This document shows, piece by piece, positions 1 to 63,530 of a stretch of DNA of 64,000 bases. A program made the translations under genes and the position numbers. The DNA comes from the human T2T-CHM13v2.0 reference genome, Homo sapiens. Within the stretch, counting starts at the first letter, position 1; every line of letters starts with the position of its first letter. The DNA lies in assembly GCF_009914755.1 (NCBI RefSeq), contig NC_060926.1. One strand, 5' to 3'. The notes under the pieces are model-generated. The model ran no database searches, was not told where the DNA came from, and saw only the letters and a list, made by a program, of their open reading frames with translations.

Positions 1-117
1 ATAGGTGTGAGCCACTGTGCCCGGCCCTTAGTTTTTCTTTGTTCTTGCTATCACTAATTCATCACCAAACTACAAGTATATATTTCTCGAAGTTTTAAAA
101 TACATCAGAAAATCTAT

Positions 118-130
118 TGTGTGTGTGAGT

Positions 131-161
<31 letters not shown>
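118..161. repeat. (GT)n(GA)n compound microsatellite
   Basis: Directly visible. Confidence 0.9.
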
Positions 162-438
162 GTTGATTTCCTTCCTTGGGATTTTTGTTCCATCAGCATT
201 CATGGAATTCTTGTCTCCCTCCTGTATTGGATCCCTGGCCTCCTAGTTCCTCTGATTTCATATTTCTTGAGTAACTCCCCCACTTCCCTTCAGTAACTAT
301 CTGAGGAAGGCAGCATATCTAGAAAATTGTTTCTAGACTCTTGAAAATAATATTTTATTTTTCTCAAATAATTTTTTATCTCTGCTTTCTGCTCTTTCTT
401 TCTAGAAATAATATTCTGATATTGGTCTGATGAGTTTA

Positions 439-620
439 GGCTGTCATGCCCATAATCCCAGCACATTGGGAGACCGAGGTGGCAGGATTACTTGAGGCCA
501 GGAGTTCAAAACTGCAGTGAGCTCTGATTGAGCCACTGCACTCCAGCCTGGCTGACAGATCAAGACTCTGTCTCTAAAGAAGGAAAGAAAGAAAAGAAAG
601 AAAGAAAATAAATAAATAAA
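439..620 (+). mobile_element. Monomeric old Alu (FAM/FRAM-like) with A-rich tail
   Basis: A single ~135-nt Alu arm followed by an A-rich tail. Confidence 0.75.
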
Positions 621-1599
621 TAAAACACTAAAAATAAAACAAAACCAAAAAAGCCCCACTGATTGGAAGCTGTGTGTTGAAATGCTGAGTCTCGCTGACT
701 AGTGGGTTTCACTGTCAGCAGGGGTTTGACTACTTTTGTTAGGGGACCACCAGCTGTCAGTATCTGCTGATATTGTCTCTGAATAGGTGTTTTTTTTTTT
801 TTTTCTTCACCAAAAGAGAAAGATGAATGAGGTAGGGTGGAAGTGGAAAATTGACTACCGGCTTATTGGGAAGGAGATTAGGTTTCTCACCCTTTGGATA
901 TAGACTTCTCATTACCTCCCTGTTTCTAATAAGGCTCTCATCCTCAGATATGCTTGTCCCTGAGAATAGACTGCCTTTTTCTTCAACTAACCTGAGAGTA
1001 AAACTGCTCTACTCCATTACAGAGGAGTGGGTCATTGGCTGCAAGGGCTGAAGGAGGTTATTTAAGAGTCCAACTGATTTGGACATATTTTCAACCAGGT
1101 CCTTTTCGGGATTCTGCTTCATGAACAGGCTTGCTTTTTTTCCCTCCATTTTCACCTCAGGCATTAAGTTTTCAGCCTTCTAAAGTTTTCTTAGTTAATT
1201 GTCATTCCTTCATCTGCTCTCCAGTTTATATTTGCTGATCATCTTCTTTTCTCTCTTTTCCATGTCTTTTTGTCTTCTTGTGGGTTTTGTTTTTTTAAAA
1301 AACCCAAAACCTTAGCTGTCACTTTGTTGGAATCAAGGAAAGAGTGGAGAAAATGTGTCATGCTTGACCAGATGTCATTATTTCTCAAAGTCTAGTTTTA
1401 AAACAAAACCTGCCAAAGGTATGCCACTCTTACTGGACTAGAAGCTAATGTTATTATGGTTTACAAAGCCCTCCATCTACCATTCTTCCCTTTACTTAGT
1501 ATACTCTAGTCCCACGGGCCTTCTTCTATTCCTTGAATGAACACACTAAACTAATTTTTTTTATTTCACTCTGTCTTTCTTTTCTTCAAAGCAAAGATC

Positions 1600-2100
1600 A
1601 CTAGTTGTCCCCCAATATCCATCCTTCCCTCTTTCTTGGAAATAAAACTCCTAATTATTATCTCGGCACATGGCTATCCAGAACAAAGACTACATTTTCC
1701 AGCCTCTCTGACAGGTAAATAGGACTAGCGAAGTTCTAGCTAGTGAGATGGAACTAGAAACACTATAAAATATGGAGCTTCCAGAAACAGTCCCTAAAAG
1801 GAAGAAGCTTGCACTTCATCATCTCCATGTCCCAAACCCCACCCCTTCCTCTTTCTTACTGGCTGAGATGTAAAAATGATAAGGGTAGCAAAAACAACCA
1901 TTATATACTATGAAGCAGAAGCTGTATGATGAAGATGGCAAAGCCATAAGGACAGGAGGCCAGATCCCTGTTGCTGTGGAGTGTCATTCGGCCCTAGAAT
2001 GTTTACCTACCAACTTCATTTAGGTGGCAGAGAAATAAACATCGATGTTCTAAGACACTGTTACCAGGGTCTTCTGTCGCTCACAGCTGAATCTAACAAT
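1600..2100. mobile_element. MLT1-family (MaLR) solo LTR relic
   Basis: Motifs ggcacatggct..ccagaa..aagactacattt..ccagcctc and gttc..gcta.tgagatg are typical of old MLT1 LTRs. Confidence 0.6.
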
Positions 2101-2119
2101 GATAAAAGGTTCAGGTTGT

Positions 2120-2340
2120 GTGCTACCTCCTTAGAGCGGTGTTCCCCATTCTAAGTCACTTTTAATTATTTTTCCTTATAGCACTTCTCATTATCTGAAT
2201 TTATCACATTTTTTAAGTTTGCTTGTTCAATATGTCTCTCCCAACAAGAATGTAAGCTTCATAAAGGCAAAAACCATGCCCAGGTCCTAGAATGGAGCCT
2301 GGCATACCGTGGGTGTTCTGTACATATTTGTTGACTAATA
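2120..2340 (+). mobile_element. L2 3'-end relic
   Basis: gaatgtaagcttcat...cctagaa..gcctggcata...atatttgttga. Confidence 0.6.
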
Positions 2341-2546
2341 ACATCTGGTTGGGTCAGAACCCTACTGGTGTTAGGAAGGGAGGGAGATTCTCTCTCTATC
2401 TGCATGGAATAGTTCCAGCCTCTCTGTTCAGATACCACACTTGCCTATCAATTTTCTGATTACGAATTCAACTTTCAAGCGTTTTAAAACCAGAAAATGA
2501 GGCTTCTGAAGAGATGGCTCACATCTGTTGGTTAATAAAAGGTATG

Positions 2547-2870
2547 GGCCAGGCGTGGTGGCTCACATCTGTAATCCCAGCACTTTGGGAGGCCGAGGAC
2601 GGAGGATTGCTTGAACTTAGGAGTTCAAGACCAGCCTGGCCAACATGGTGAAACCCTGTATCTACAACAACAAAAAACAAAACAAAAAAACAAACAAAAA
2701 TTAGCTGGGCCTTGGTGGTGCCTGCCTGTAGTCCCAGCTACTGGCTGAAGTGGAAGGATTGTCTCAGCCTAGGAGGCAGAGGTTGCAGTGAGCCGAGATT
2801 TCACCACTGCACTCCAGCCTGGGTGACAGAGCCAGACTGTCTGAAATAAATAAATAAATAAATAAATAAA
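2547..2870 (+). mobile_element. Alu (AluJ/S) with (TAAA)n tail
   Basis: Dimeric Alu consensus. Confidence 0.9.
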
Positions 2871-3559
2871 TGGAATGTCTTCCATTCTAAATTGATAAAT
2901 TGGGATGATTATGGTTTATAATTGATTAGGATGCATAGTTTTGGAGGTAAGTAGACAAAGCTATGAACAGCAGTTTTACTGTTTATGGAAGTGTGAACTT
3001 GACCAGTTACTTAAATTTGCTGAGCTTTAGTTTTCTCATTTGTTTAAAAAAATAAATAAAAAAACACAAACGAACAAACAAAAAAACCGGAGGGGAATAG
3101 TAATATCTGCATTTCAGGACCAATGGGAGTATCAAATGAGACAATCCATGTAAGAGATTAAGCAATTTCCTCAAGGAGAGAGCTAAGAAGTAGGGGGTCC
3201 AGGTTTTAAATTCAAGTCTTCGATATGATGCTGGATTCTTAGCTCTTAGCCTCTATATTGTGCCACCACTAAAAAGGCCTCTGTGACTGTCCTTGTCAGA
3301 GTTGGATCATCACTTCAACTGGCTTAAAGAGAATATTTTTTTCTCTCTAAAAATCTCAGCTTTATTTGGTGAAGCAAGACTCAGCATTTAGGATTTGGAG
3401 TTAGTTCAGTCACAAAATCAGAGTATTTGATATGAAAGATAACTTTTGGATTGGAAAAAGTACTGACAAAATCAATCAATCAAGTTCTAGTCCTAACAGC
3501 GGAGCAGCGTATCCCTGAATGAAGTGCTTTAACTTTCATCCCCAAATTTCTTTTCCTGA

Positions 3560-5285
<1,726 letters not shown>

Positions 5286-5304
5286 GAGAGATAAAAGAAT
5301 GAGG

Positions 5305-5932
<628 letters not shown>

Positions 5933-6039
5933 TCACAACTAAAATGTCTACTAAAATTATAGTTTATATTGTACACAAGAAGTGCCTAAGAGTTTTTTTT
6001 ATTTTAAAAAATCATCAACTAGCTTCAAAACTATAATTC

Positions 6040-8370
<2,331 letters not shown>

Positions 8371-8574
8371 GCTGGGCATGGTGGCTCATACCTGTATTCC
8401 CAGATCCAAGTGAGATGATAGAATCCCTCCCAAAAAGTCCTTCCTAGGCCAGGTGCAGTGGCTTACACCTGTAATCCTAACACGTTGGGATTGGGAGGGA
8501 GGATCCCAATGAGATGAGGATCACTTGAGGCCAGGAGTTGGGGACCAACCTGGTTAACATAGCGAGACCCAATC

Positions 8575-8717
8575 TCTCTCTCTCTCTCCCTCTCTCTTTC
8601 TCTCTCTCTCCCCCTCCCTCTTTCCTTTTTTTTTCTTTTCTTTCTTTCTCTCTCTCTCTTTCTTTCTTGCTCTCCCTCTTTCTTTCTTTTTCTTTCCTTT
8701 TTTTTTTTTTTTTTTTG
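8575..8717. repeat. CT-rich simple repeat between a + Alu monomer (~8447-8575) and a - internally deleted Alu (~8700-8940)
   Basis: Directly visible polypyrimidine tract. Confidence 0.85.
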
Positions 8718-9179
8718 AGACAGGGTCTCACTCTGTCACCCAGGCTGGAGTGCTGTGGGGTGATTTCAGCTCACTACAACCTCTGCCTCCCAGGCCAATC
8801 AGCTAATTTTTGTATTTTTAATAGAGATGGGGTTTCACCATGTTGGCTAGACTGGTATTGAATTTCTGGCCTCCACTGATCCACCTGCCTTGGCCTCCCC
8901 AAGTGCTGGCATTGCAGGCATGAGCCACCGTGCCCAGCCACAATCTCTATTTCTTTTAAATACAATAAAATAAAAAACAATAAAATTATAATAAAAAAGT
9001 CATTCCTGAGTAGGATGACTCGGGTTAAGAATGACTTAGGTTTTCATGATAGATCTGGAGTTTCCAAAACTCTGGGTAAACAGAGCTCAGGCTTTGAGGA
9101 CAGGCACACCTGTGTCTAATCCTGCTTCTGCTACATGATAGGTACATTTGGGCAGGTAACTTAAATTTTTTAAAGCCTT

Positions 9180-11525
<2,346 letters not shown>

Positions 11526-11817
11526 TTTTTTTTTTTTTTTTTGAGACAGAGTCTTGCTCTCACCAGGCTGGAGTGCAGTGGCACGATCTCTGTCACTGCA
11601 ACCTCTGCTTCCCGGGTTCAAGCGATTCTCCTGCCTCAGCTTCCTGAGTGGCTGGGATTACAGGCGCGTGCCAACACGCCCAGCTAATTTTTGTATTTTT
11701 AGTAGAGACGGGGTTTTGCCATGTTGGTCAGCCTTGTCTTGAACTCCTGATCTCAGGTGATTTGCCCTCCTTGGCCTCCCCAAGTGCTGGGATTACAGGC
11801 GTGAGCCACCGCGCCCG
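11526..11817 (-). mobile_element. Alu (AluS)
   Basis: Reverse-strand dimeric Alu. Confidence 0.9.
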
Positions 11818-13584
11818 GAATAATGTTCTTTCTTTAAAAATACAAATTAGCAATCCCCTTAATTCCACAAAGAGGAAAAGTAAAAGAACACAGAAATGCT
11901 TGAGTTCAATTTGCTGAGACCAATAAAATGCACTTTCAAGAAAACTGCACAGCACTAGCATTGGAGGCCACAAAAATAAGATACGGACTCTATACTCAAG
12001 GAATTTATGAACAAATAAATTTTTCTGCTGGCTGAGGTACTTCTCTGACTGTTAAAGCAGGTAAAACGAAGAAATGTTCCTCCGAGACTTCCTACCTATT
12101 CTAACCTCTCAAACTTCTAATTGCAACAATGGCAGCTTTATTTTTATCTTAATATTTATGTGTTGAGGGTTCCATATAAGATTAGATTTGAATAAAGCAC
12201 TGTATGCCTTTAAAAAGGTTTGAAAATCACTGGTCTAATAAAAGAACAGTGAAAACTGACAGGCAGCTATATTATAAAAAGAATACTGGATTGAGGGTTC
12301 ATGATGACTGTTTTATTCTAGTTGTTGAACATGTACAGCCATGTCGAAGGAAAAGTTCTATTTCTCACCTCTCATAAAGGATGGCATTTTAAAGGTGAAT
12401 TTTAATGTCATTCATCTAATAAATATTTGTTGCATGCAATAAGCACAATGTTATTCATATATTCATAGTAAAGTAATAGGGAGAAAGGAAGTACGGAATA
12501 TCCTGAGGATATCAGCTGTCATCAGAGATGTAACAAGCTGGGTCTCAGAGCACAAGTTTGCCAATTGATTAAAAAGGAAAAAAAATGAGGCATCGTAGAT
12601 AGAATCATAGGTCCAGAAGAACAGAATTAGAAATAGCTACCACTGAATGAACATTTCCTCCATGCATAGACTTTTATCCTCACCACACCTATGGAGATAG
12701 AAGTTATTATCCCCATGCAGACAGGGGTATGCCAAAATCACAAAACTCGTGAGTGGCAGCGCCACGTTTGAAACTGGGGTTGTCTGATTTCAAAGCCAAG
12801 GCTCTGGGTTCACAGAAGTACATGTACTTAAGAGGTGTGAAGCAACATGGGACTACTGGAAGGAGGCGGTGAGCCACGAGGCTGGAAATGCAGGCACCTG
12901 CTCTCGCTCACTTGACCATAGAGCAACTTGGGCAAAGAAGGGGTGGGCTGACATTGGAGTATGGAACAAACGCATGATTTCAAATAAGCATGTGTGTATC
13001 CATCCCAGTTCTGTCCGCTGAAAAGGCCTAGAAGCAATAACACACCAAGCCCTGTCGAATGGTGGGGTCCGCCAGGACCTCCAGGCTTGCTCCCCGCCCT
13101 ACCCGCCAGCTTCTCCGCCACATTCCACTGCCGCAGCAGAACCGGTGTCCTTCACCTGCCTGCGTCTTCTGCAGTTCGTTAAGCAGCGCCCTTAGCTCCT
13201 GTGACACTTTAGGGAGAAAGCCGCAGCACCGGCGATGTTGGCCGCCATTAACGCCCGGCAAAGCGCCCGGAACTAGAAGCAGCGAAGAACCCGGGTGGGC
13301 AGCGACCGTGACAGCCGAGCCGGAAGCGGAGCTGCGGGAGGGGCCTCGACGCTCCTCCATCTTTTATTGGAGCTCACCGCTGCCAGTCGCGCTGCCTGCC
13401 CGTCCCACCCTTTTCGTGCAGGCATTCAGCTAAATGACGGGCGGAGCCCGGCGGCGGCTTCCGGTCGGGGGAAAAAAGTTGGGCCGAAGGAGGGGCCGGG
13501 AAGACGCAAGAGGAAGAAGAGAAAACGGCCGGGCGGCGGTGGCTGTAGGTTGTGCGGCTGCAGCGGCTCTTCCCTGGGCGGACG

Positions 13585-54402
<40,818 letters not shown>

Positions 54403-55393
54403 ACTCCAAAGCTTGTTCCCATCATACCCGTAATGCTTTCTTTTTTCCTTTATTGCCAATCTTTGAACTCATTCAACTCCAGGACATGGAAGAGGCCTCT
54501 CTCTGCCCTTTGACTGGAAAGGTCAAGTTTTATTCTGGTGTCTTGGGGAAGCTTTGTTAAATTTTTGTTAATGTGGGTAAATCTGAGTTTAATTCAACTG
54601 CTTCCCTACATAGACTAGAGGGCTAAGGATTCTGTCTGCTGCTTTGTTTCTTCTAAGTAGGCATTTAGATCATTCCTGTAGGCTTCCTATTTTCACTTTA
54701 CTGCTCTAATGCTGCTAGTCGTAGTCTTTAGCACACTAGGTGGTATGCCTTTATTAGCATAAAACAAAAAAAACTTTAACAGGAGCTTTTACATATTACT
54801 GGGATGGGGGGTGGTTCGGGATGGGTGGGCAGCTGCTGAACCCTTTAGGGCATTTCCTCTGTAATGTGGCGCTTTCAACTGTACTGCTGCAGCTTTAAGT
54901 ACCTTAAAGCTTCTCCTGTGAACTTCTTAGGGAAATGTTAGGTTCAGAACTAAAGTGTTTTGGGTGGGTTTTGTTGCGGGGGGGAGGGTAACAATGGGTG
55001 GTCTTCTGATTTTTATTTTTGAGGTTTTGTCAACTGGAGTACGTAGAGGAACTTTATTTACAGTACTTTGATTTGGCAGGTTTTCTTCTACTTGTGCTCT
55101 GCCTGGAGCTGTTTCCATATGATATAAAAAGCAAGTGTAGTATTCCATTACTATGTGGCTTAGGGATTTATTTGTTTTTTAAAATCAACCATGTTAGCTG
55201 GGATTAGACTCCCTACAGTCCTTCAATGGAAAAGTAACATTTAAAAATCCTTTGGGTAATTCAAATTACAGATTTAAAAGAGCTTAAGATCTGGTGTTTT
55301 GTTAATGCTTCTGTTTATTCCAGAAGCATTAAGGTAACCCATTGCCAAGTATCATTCTTGCAAATTATTCTTTTATATAACTGACCAGTGCTT

Positions 55394-55399
55394 AATAAA
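55394..55399 (+). terminator. Candidate proximal polyadenylation signal AATAAA
   Basis: Canonical hexamer within the 3'UTR. Confidence 0.4.
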
Positions 55400-55794
55400 A
55401 CAAGCAGGTACTTACAAATAATTACTGGCAGTAGGTTATAATTGGTGGTTTAAAAATAACATTGGAATACAGGACTTGTTGCCAATTGGGTAATTTTCAT
55501 TAGTTGTTTTGTTTGTTTTGATTTGAAACCTGGAAATACAGTAAAATTTGACTGTTTAAAATGTTGGCCAAAAAAATCAAGATTTAATTTTTTTATTTGT
55601 ACTGAAAAACTAATCATAACTGTTAATTCTCAGCCATCTTTGAAGCTTGAAAGAAGAGTCTTTGGTATTTTGTAAACGTTAGCAGACTTTCCTGCCAGTG
55701 TCAGAAAATCCTATTTATGAATCCTGTCGGTATTCCTTGGTATCTGAAAAAAATACCAAATAGTACCATACATGAGTTATTTCTAAGTTTGAAA

Positions 55795-55800
55795 AATAAA
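55795..55800 (+). terminator. Candidate internal polyadenylation signal AATAAA
   Basis: Canonical hexamer within the 3'UTR with T-rich sequence downstream. Confidence 0.5.
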
Positions 55801-56894
55801 AAGAAATTGCATCACACTAATTACAAAATACAAGTTCTGGAAAAAATATTTTTCTTCATTTTAAAACTTTTTTTTAACTAATAATGGCTTTGAAAGAAGA
55901 GGCTTAATTTGGGGGTGGTAACTAAAATCAAAAGAAATGATTGACTTGAGGGTCTCTGTTTGGTAAGAATACATCATTAGCTTAAATAAGCAGCAGAAGG
56001 TTAGTTTTAATTATGTAGCTTCTGTTAATATTAAGTGTTTTTTGTCTGTTTTACCTCAATTTGAACAGATAAGTTTGCCTGCATGCTGGACATGCCTCAG
56101 AACCATGAATAGCCCGTACTAGATCTTGGGAACATGGATCTTAGAGTCACTTTGGAATAAGTTCTTACATAAATACCCCCAGCCTTTTGAGAACGGGGCT
56201 TGTTAAAGGACGCGTATGTAGGGCCCGTACCTACTGGCAGTTGGGTTCAGGGAAATGGGATTGACTTGGCCTTCAGGCTCCTTTGGTCATAATTTTAAAA
56301 TATGGGAGTAGAAAACAACAAAGAATGGAATGGACTCTTAAAACAATGAAAGAGCATTTATCGTTTGTCCCTTGAATGTAGAATTTGTTTTTGATTTCAT
56401 AATTCTGCTGGTAAATGTGACAGTTAAAATGGTGCATTATGTATATATATTATAATTTAGAAATACCATTTTATAATTTTACTATTCCAGGGTGACATAA
56501 TGCATTTAAATTTGGGATTTGGGTGGAGTATTATGTTTAACTGGAGTTGTCAAGTATGAGTCCCTCAGGAAAAAAAAAAAATTCTGTTTTAAAAAGCAAT
56601 CTGATTCTTAGCTCTTGAAACTATTGCTACTTAAATTTCCAATAATTAAAAATTTAAAATTTTTAAATTAGAATTGCCAATACTTCTACATTTGAGAAGG
56701 GTTTTTTTAGAAATACATTTAGTAAAGTCCCCAAGACATTAGTCTTACATTTAAACTTTTTTCTTTAAAACATGGTTTTGGTGGTTAACTTTTACACAGT
56801 TCTGAGTACTGTTAATATCTGGAAAGTATCTTGAGATATCAGTGGAAAGCTAAACAGTCTAAATTAACATGAAATACTTCATTTTGATTGAGAA

Positions 56895-56900
56895 AATAAA
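56895..56900 (+). terminator. Distal polyadenylation signal AATAAA
   Basis: Canonical hexamer with a CA ~19 nt downstream and a T-rich downstream element. Confidence 0.75.
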
Positions 56901-57703
56901 ATCAGATTTTTTCAAAGTCAATTTGAATTTTGTCATTTCTTTCTAATAGTTATTTCTTGTTTCATTTTCTTGTTAATGCAAGATGAATTGACAGTTTATG
57001 CTAGTTGTTAGGTCAAGTTCATGTCAGTGTTCTATTATTGACAAAACAACTCATTATTTCTGGTATGATTTTATAAATACATAAGAAAATAGAATAGCGA
57101 TTTATAGCTACATCAGAGGCTGTTTTCTTCCAACAAACTGTTTTGTCTCCCAAAAGATTAAGGTGGCTTTCACAGAATTAGAAATGCTAAAGAGACCTGT
57201 ATGTAACATGCCCCCTTTCAAGGACATATTAGCTCATCTGCAGACTTTTAGGCATATTATTTTTAACAAATAAAAGAAGGATGAAAATACATTTAACTGA
57301 CCTTTTCTTGTTTTATACTAGCCTTGAGGATGAGGGCCGGAGAGTAGAGAGAGTATTTTTGCCTTTCCTTCTTCGTGGACTTGTATGTGCAAACCTCATT
57401 GCCCGCTTCAGGGCCGGAGTCCCAGACAGCTAACGTAAGGGTTGTCTCTGGTGTTTTATCTAGTTTCTTCTGAGTTGCGGAAGAAGAATATGATAACAGC
57501 TATCTCCATATGTAATGGAGGAAGAAAATACCAGGCACTGCATAGTGCCTTTGATGGAATGAATGTCTCTCAGTGCACTTCATTTTTTTCCTCCACCCAC
57601 AAACTTTGACCATTATACAATTGAGTGAGTTTATTAACTGTATTAATTTTAGAACCATCAAAGAGGGTAGCCAACTAAAGTGAACCAGAAACTCGAGGAT
57701 TAA

Positions 57704-60683
<2,980 letters not shown>

Positions 60684-62696
60684 GCAGGCTTCCTTGAGCC
60701 CCACTCTGGACCACCGAATGGAGCCTGAGGGTTTGCTTGTTTTCCAACTCTTCCCCCACAACTCTCATACTCCTGTTTTAGGGGCTAAGAGGACAGTCAG
60801 GCTTCAAAGTATGAACCACTCTCCTGGGCCCACACCTGCAATGCCCTTCTTTCCTCCTCTTCCTGGGGAAAACTAGGGCTTTTAGCAGATGGGTTCAGAA
60901 GTGACACAGGAAGCAGCCCTGGGAAGCCGGAACCACTTAGAGACCATCTTTTGCCAGTGTGCTGACCTCTGCTCCACCTCCCCCAAATGGATCTTCAGTT
61001 CAAATGGATGATAAACACCTTTTCATTAAAAAGGCCAGTTCTGGGATGGTTAAAGCACCATCAGTCATTTACACATCCATTTGTATTAAAAGGAAATCCA
61101 GAGACTCACACTGACGCCTAGGGGAGATTAGCAGCTCTTTGTGATGTAAGTGAAAGGAAGGTCTGTAACTTTGGCCTAAGGAGTGCATTGGAGAAAATTG
61201 GTAGGTTCCTGAGGAAATTCAGTTTTTAGAGCAAGCTCACTTTTTAGGGCAAGCTCACCTTGGTAGATGAGAGTTGAGTGCTGGAAGTGGTAAAATAACC
61301 AAAGCAAACTGCTCATTTCAACATTCCTTTCTCCTCACTTCCGACTTGCAGTGTTCCAGCTTCCTGAACTCAAGCTAGTACAGCTAATGCTACAAGTTTA
61401 GCTGCTTGATACATGAAAGTGATTTATAATCAGGCCAAGAAACCAACCTACCAGATGTAGCTTTACTTTTAGAGAGCATGTATGTATTTCAAGTTCTATG
61501 CAACTGACAAATGAACTTTTGGATGCAACTTGTTCAAAAGTGGAAGTATTGAATTGTTTATGGTGACCAACAGTCCACACATTAATGACTGCTATAATTA
61601 TGTTTCTTATGATATCAAAACTGACATGGTCCCCTAATACAGAATGCAGTTCATAATGTGGATTTGGGGAGTGCCAGTGTTCACCATTTGTGTTTTTGAA
61701 ACACAAGGTATAGGTGGTGTGAGGAAAACTATCTTCTGACTTTAAGCTACTATTTTTTAAATGGTATGACAACTTTATGTTGATTTCTTTTGGTTAATCC
61801 GACCAGTCTTAGTGTTGCATGAAAATGATCTTCATCATTTCCATTTCATAGCAACTCTTTTATGCCTTAAACATTTTTTTTCTGTTCATACCATTCAAAA
61901 GAAGCTAAGATTTGTGGTGTGAGCCAACACAAATCCTCCCTCAGGTGCTTTAATAACAGTAAGACAGGCTTCCTTGAATATCCTAAATGAAAGCTTTGTT
62001 TTGTTGCACTTTTGAACAAATACGTGAAGAGAATGATTTATGTAATGAAATTCCATGTTTTAAGAGTCTAAAGAGGATTGGATTTATGGTTCTTCCACCC
62101 CCATCCCCACCATTGAAACTAGAAAACTTGTGACTTTGGCCCAGATCGCAAAAACCTTTGCTGCTCCCAAGTTCCCTGAACTGTTAGGATAAAATAGAAT
62201 ACTAAAGAGTACCTTAAACTCAGAAGGCATGATTTGCTAACTGTCAACCTAAACCAAATGGCAGCTCACACCACTAGCTGATTTTATTCAGAAGATAGGG
62301 CTAAAGGAGAAACTTTTCCCACTAAATTTCAGTACAGTTACTACTTTCAAGAATACACCCTGTTTTCTTCAGGCTCTGAGCTTGTCTGCTGAAATAATTA
62401 GCTGTGAGGCAGACAGGGAAAGAATTGCATCTGCAAAAAGCAGGAAGACAAGGTCAAGAGAAGAGGAGGCAGCTTGACTCACAGCTGCCCACCCTGCAGA
62501 GGAGCAGAGCTTGCCAAGAATATCCACATTGATTTATGGAGAAAAAATCAGGAAACCATTCACCCCAGATAGCTTGGATTTGTGACAATATCAGTGTAAA
62601 CGATTTCCATTTAGACTGTGAATTCCGAGTCTCCGTAGGTGCTCCATTTTTTCCCACCTTCGCCCCTTCTCCGAGCATTTCTAGCAACACTCGGGC

Positions 62697-62780
62697 CAGT
62701 GATTCTCAAACTTTGGGGTGCCTGAGACTCTCTTGAGCTAGTGACAATGCAGATACCTGGCTCCACTTCCAGAAATTGAG
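62697..62780. mobile_element. MER5-like fragment
   Basis: cagtgattctcaaacttt...aatgcagata. Confidence 0.5.
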
Positions 62781-63317
62781 GTGACACTCTTAGGAAGGGG
62801 TCTTTTGCACTTAGAAAAATGTGAATCAGAAACCAGGGAAATTTTGTAAGAATTAAGCTACAGACTAAATGATATTAATAAAAAATCTTGGTATGTTTGT
62901 ACAGAAGGTTTCACTTAATTAGGAGTTTCCTAAGAGAATGAAGGCAAAGGCTTTTCCGCCTGGGGACTCTTGAGACTCTTCGGGCTTACTCTCCAGGGTG
63001 CCACTGTATACCTTGAGAAAACTGCTGGCTTGCTTCATTCTTGTGCCTAATCTTGCTCACAAAGGAACATGCTACCAGTCTCATCTGCTTCCAAAGGGCT
63101 TTGTTTCAAATCCCTTTTGGAAAAGGGGTGCATTTTTCTGCCTTGGTTTACTGCCTTTTGGAGAACAAGAATGCATCTCAAACGTGTTTATTGAACTTTT
63201 AAAGTTCCTTGACTTTCTGCGGGCAGAGCCAACCATGGTCTTCAGACCCTACGTTAATTAAGAGAGCTAAAAAGGAAGCAATGAGAACAGCGAGGACACG
63301 ACAAAGCTGTAAGGTCA

Positions 63318-63530
63318 CCATTTATGAGTGTCTGTGAAGTGCCAGGCACTGTACCTTAAGCATTTGCCAGCATTCTCACTTAATGCAAGTAGGAATTATC
63401 ACCACTTTGTAGATGAGGAGACTGAGACTTAAGAGGTAAAGTAACAAGAACAAAGACTCAGAGCTAAGAAGCTGTAGAGCCAGAGTGGGGCTCAAGCATC
63501 TTCCTGACTATACAACCGTTGCTTTTCCAA
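63318..63530 (-). mobile_element. MIR
   Basis: catttatgagtg...gtgccaggcactgt...tttgtagatgaggagactgagacttaagaggtaaagtaac. Confidence 0.75.

Larger units (their letters stand above)
54403..56920 (+). other. ACTR2: ACTR2 3'UTR (~2.5 kb, no recognisable interspersed repeats)
   Basis: Follows the stop codon. Ends ~20 nt after AATAAA (56895-56900), which is followed by T-rich sequence. The exact end is inferred. Confidence 0.8.

Noticed and set aside
8477-8861. K/E/R-rich and S/F/L-rich ORFs
   Set aside because: Translations of a CT/GA simple repeat.
61398-61772. 124-aa minus-strand ORF in unique sequence
   Set aside because: No recognisable protein similarity or supporting promoter/splice context, and it does not start with ATG.
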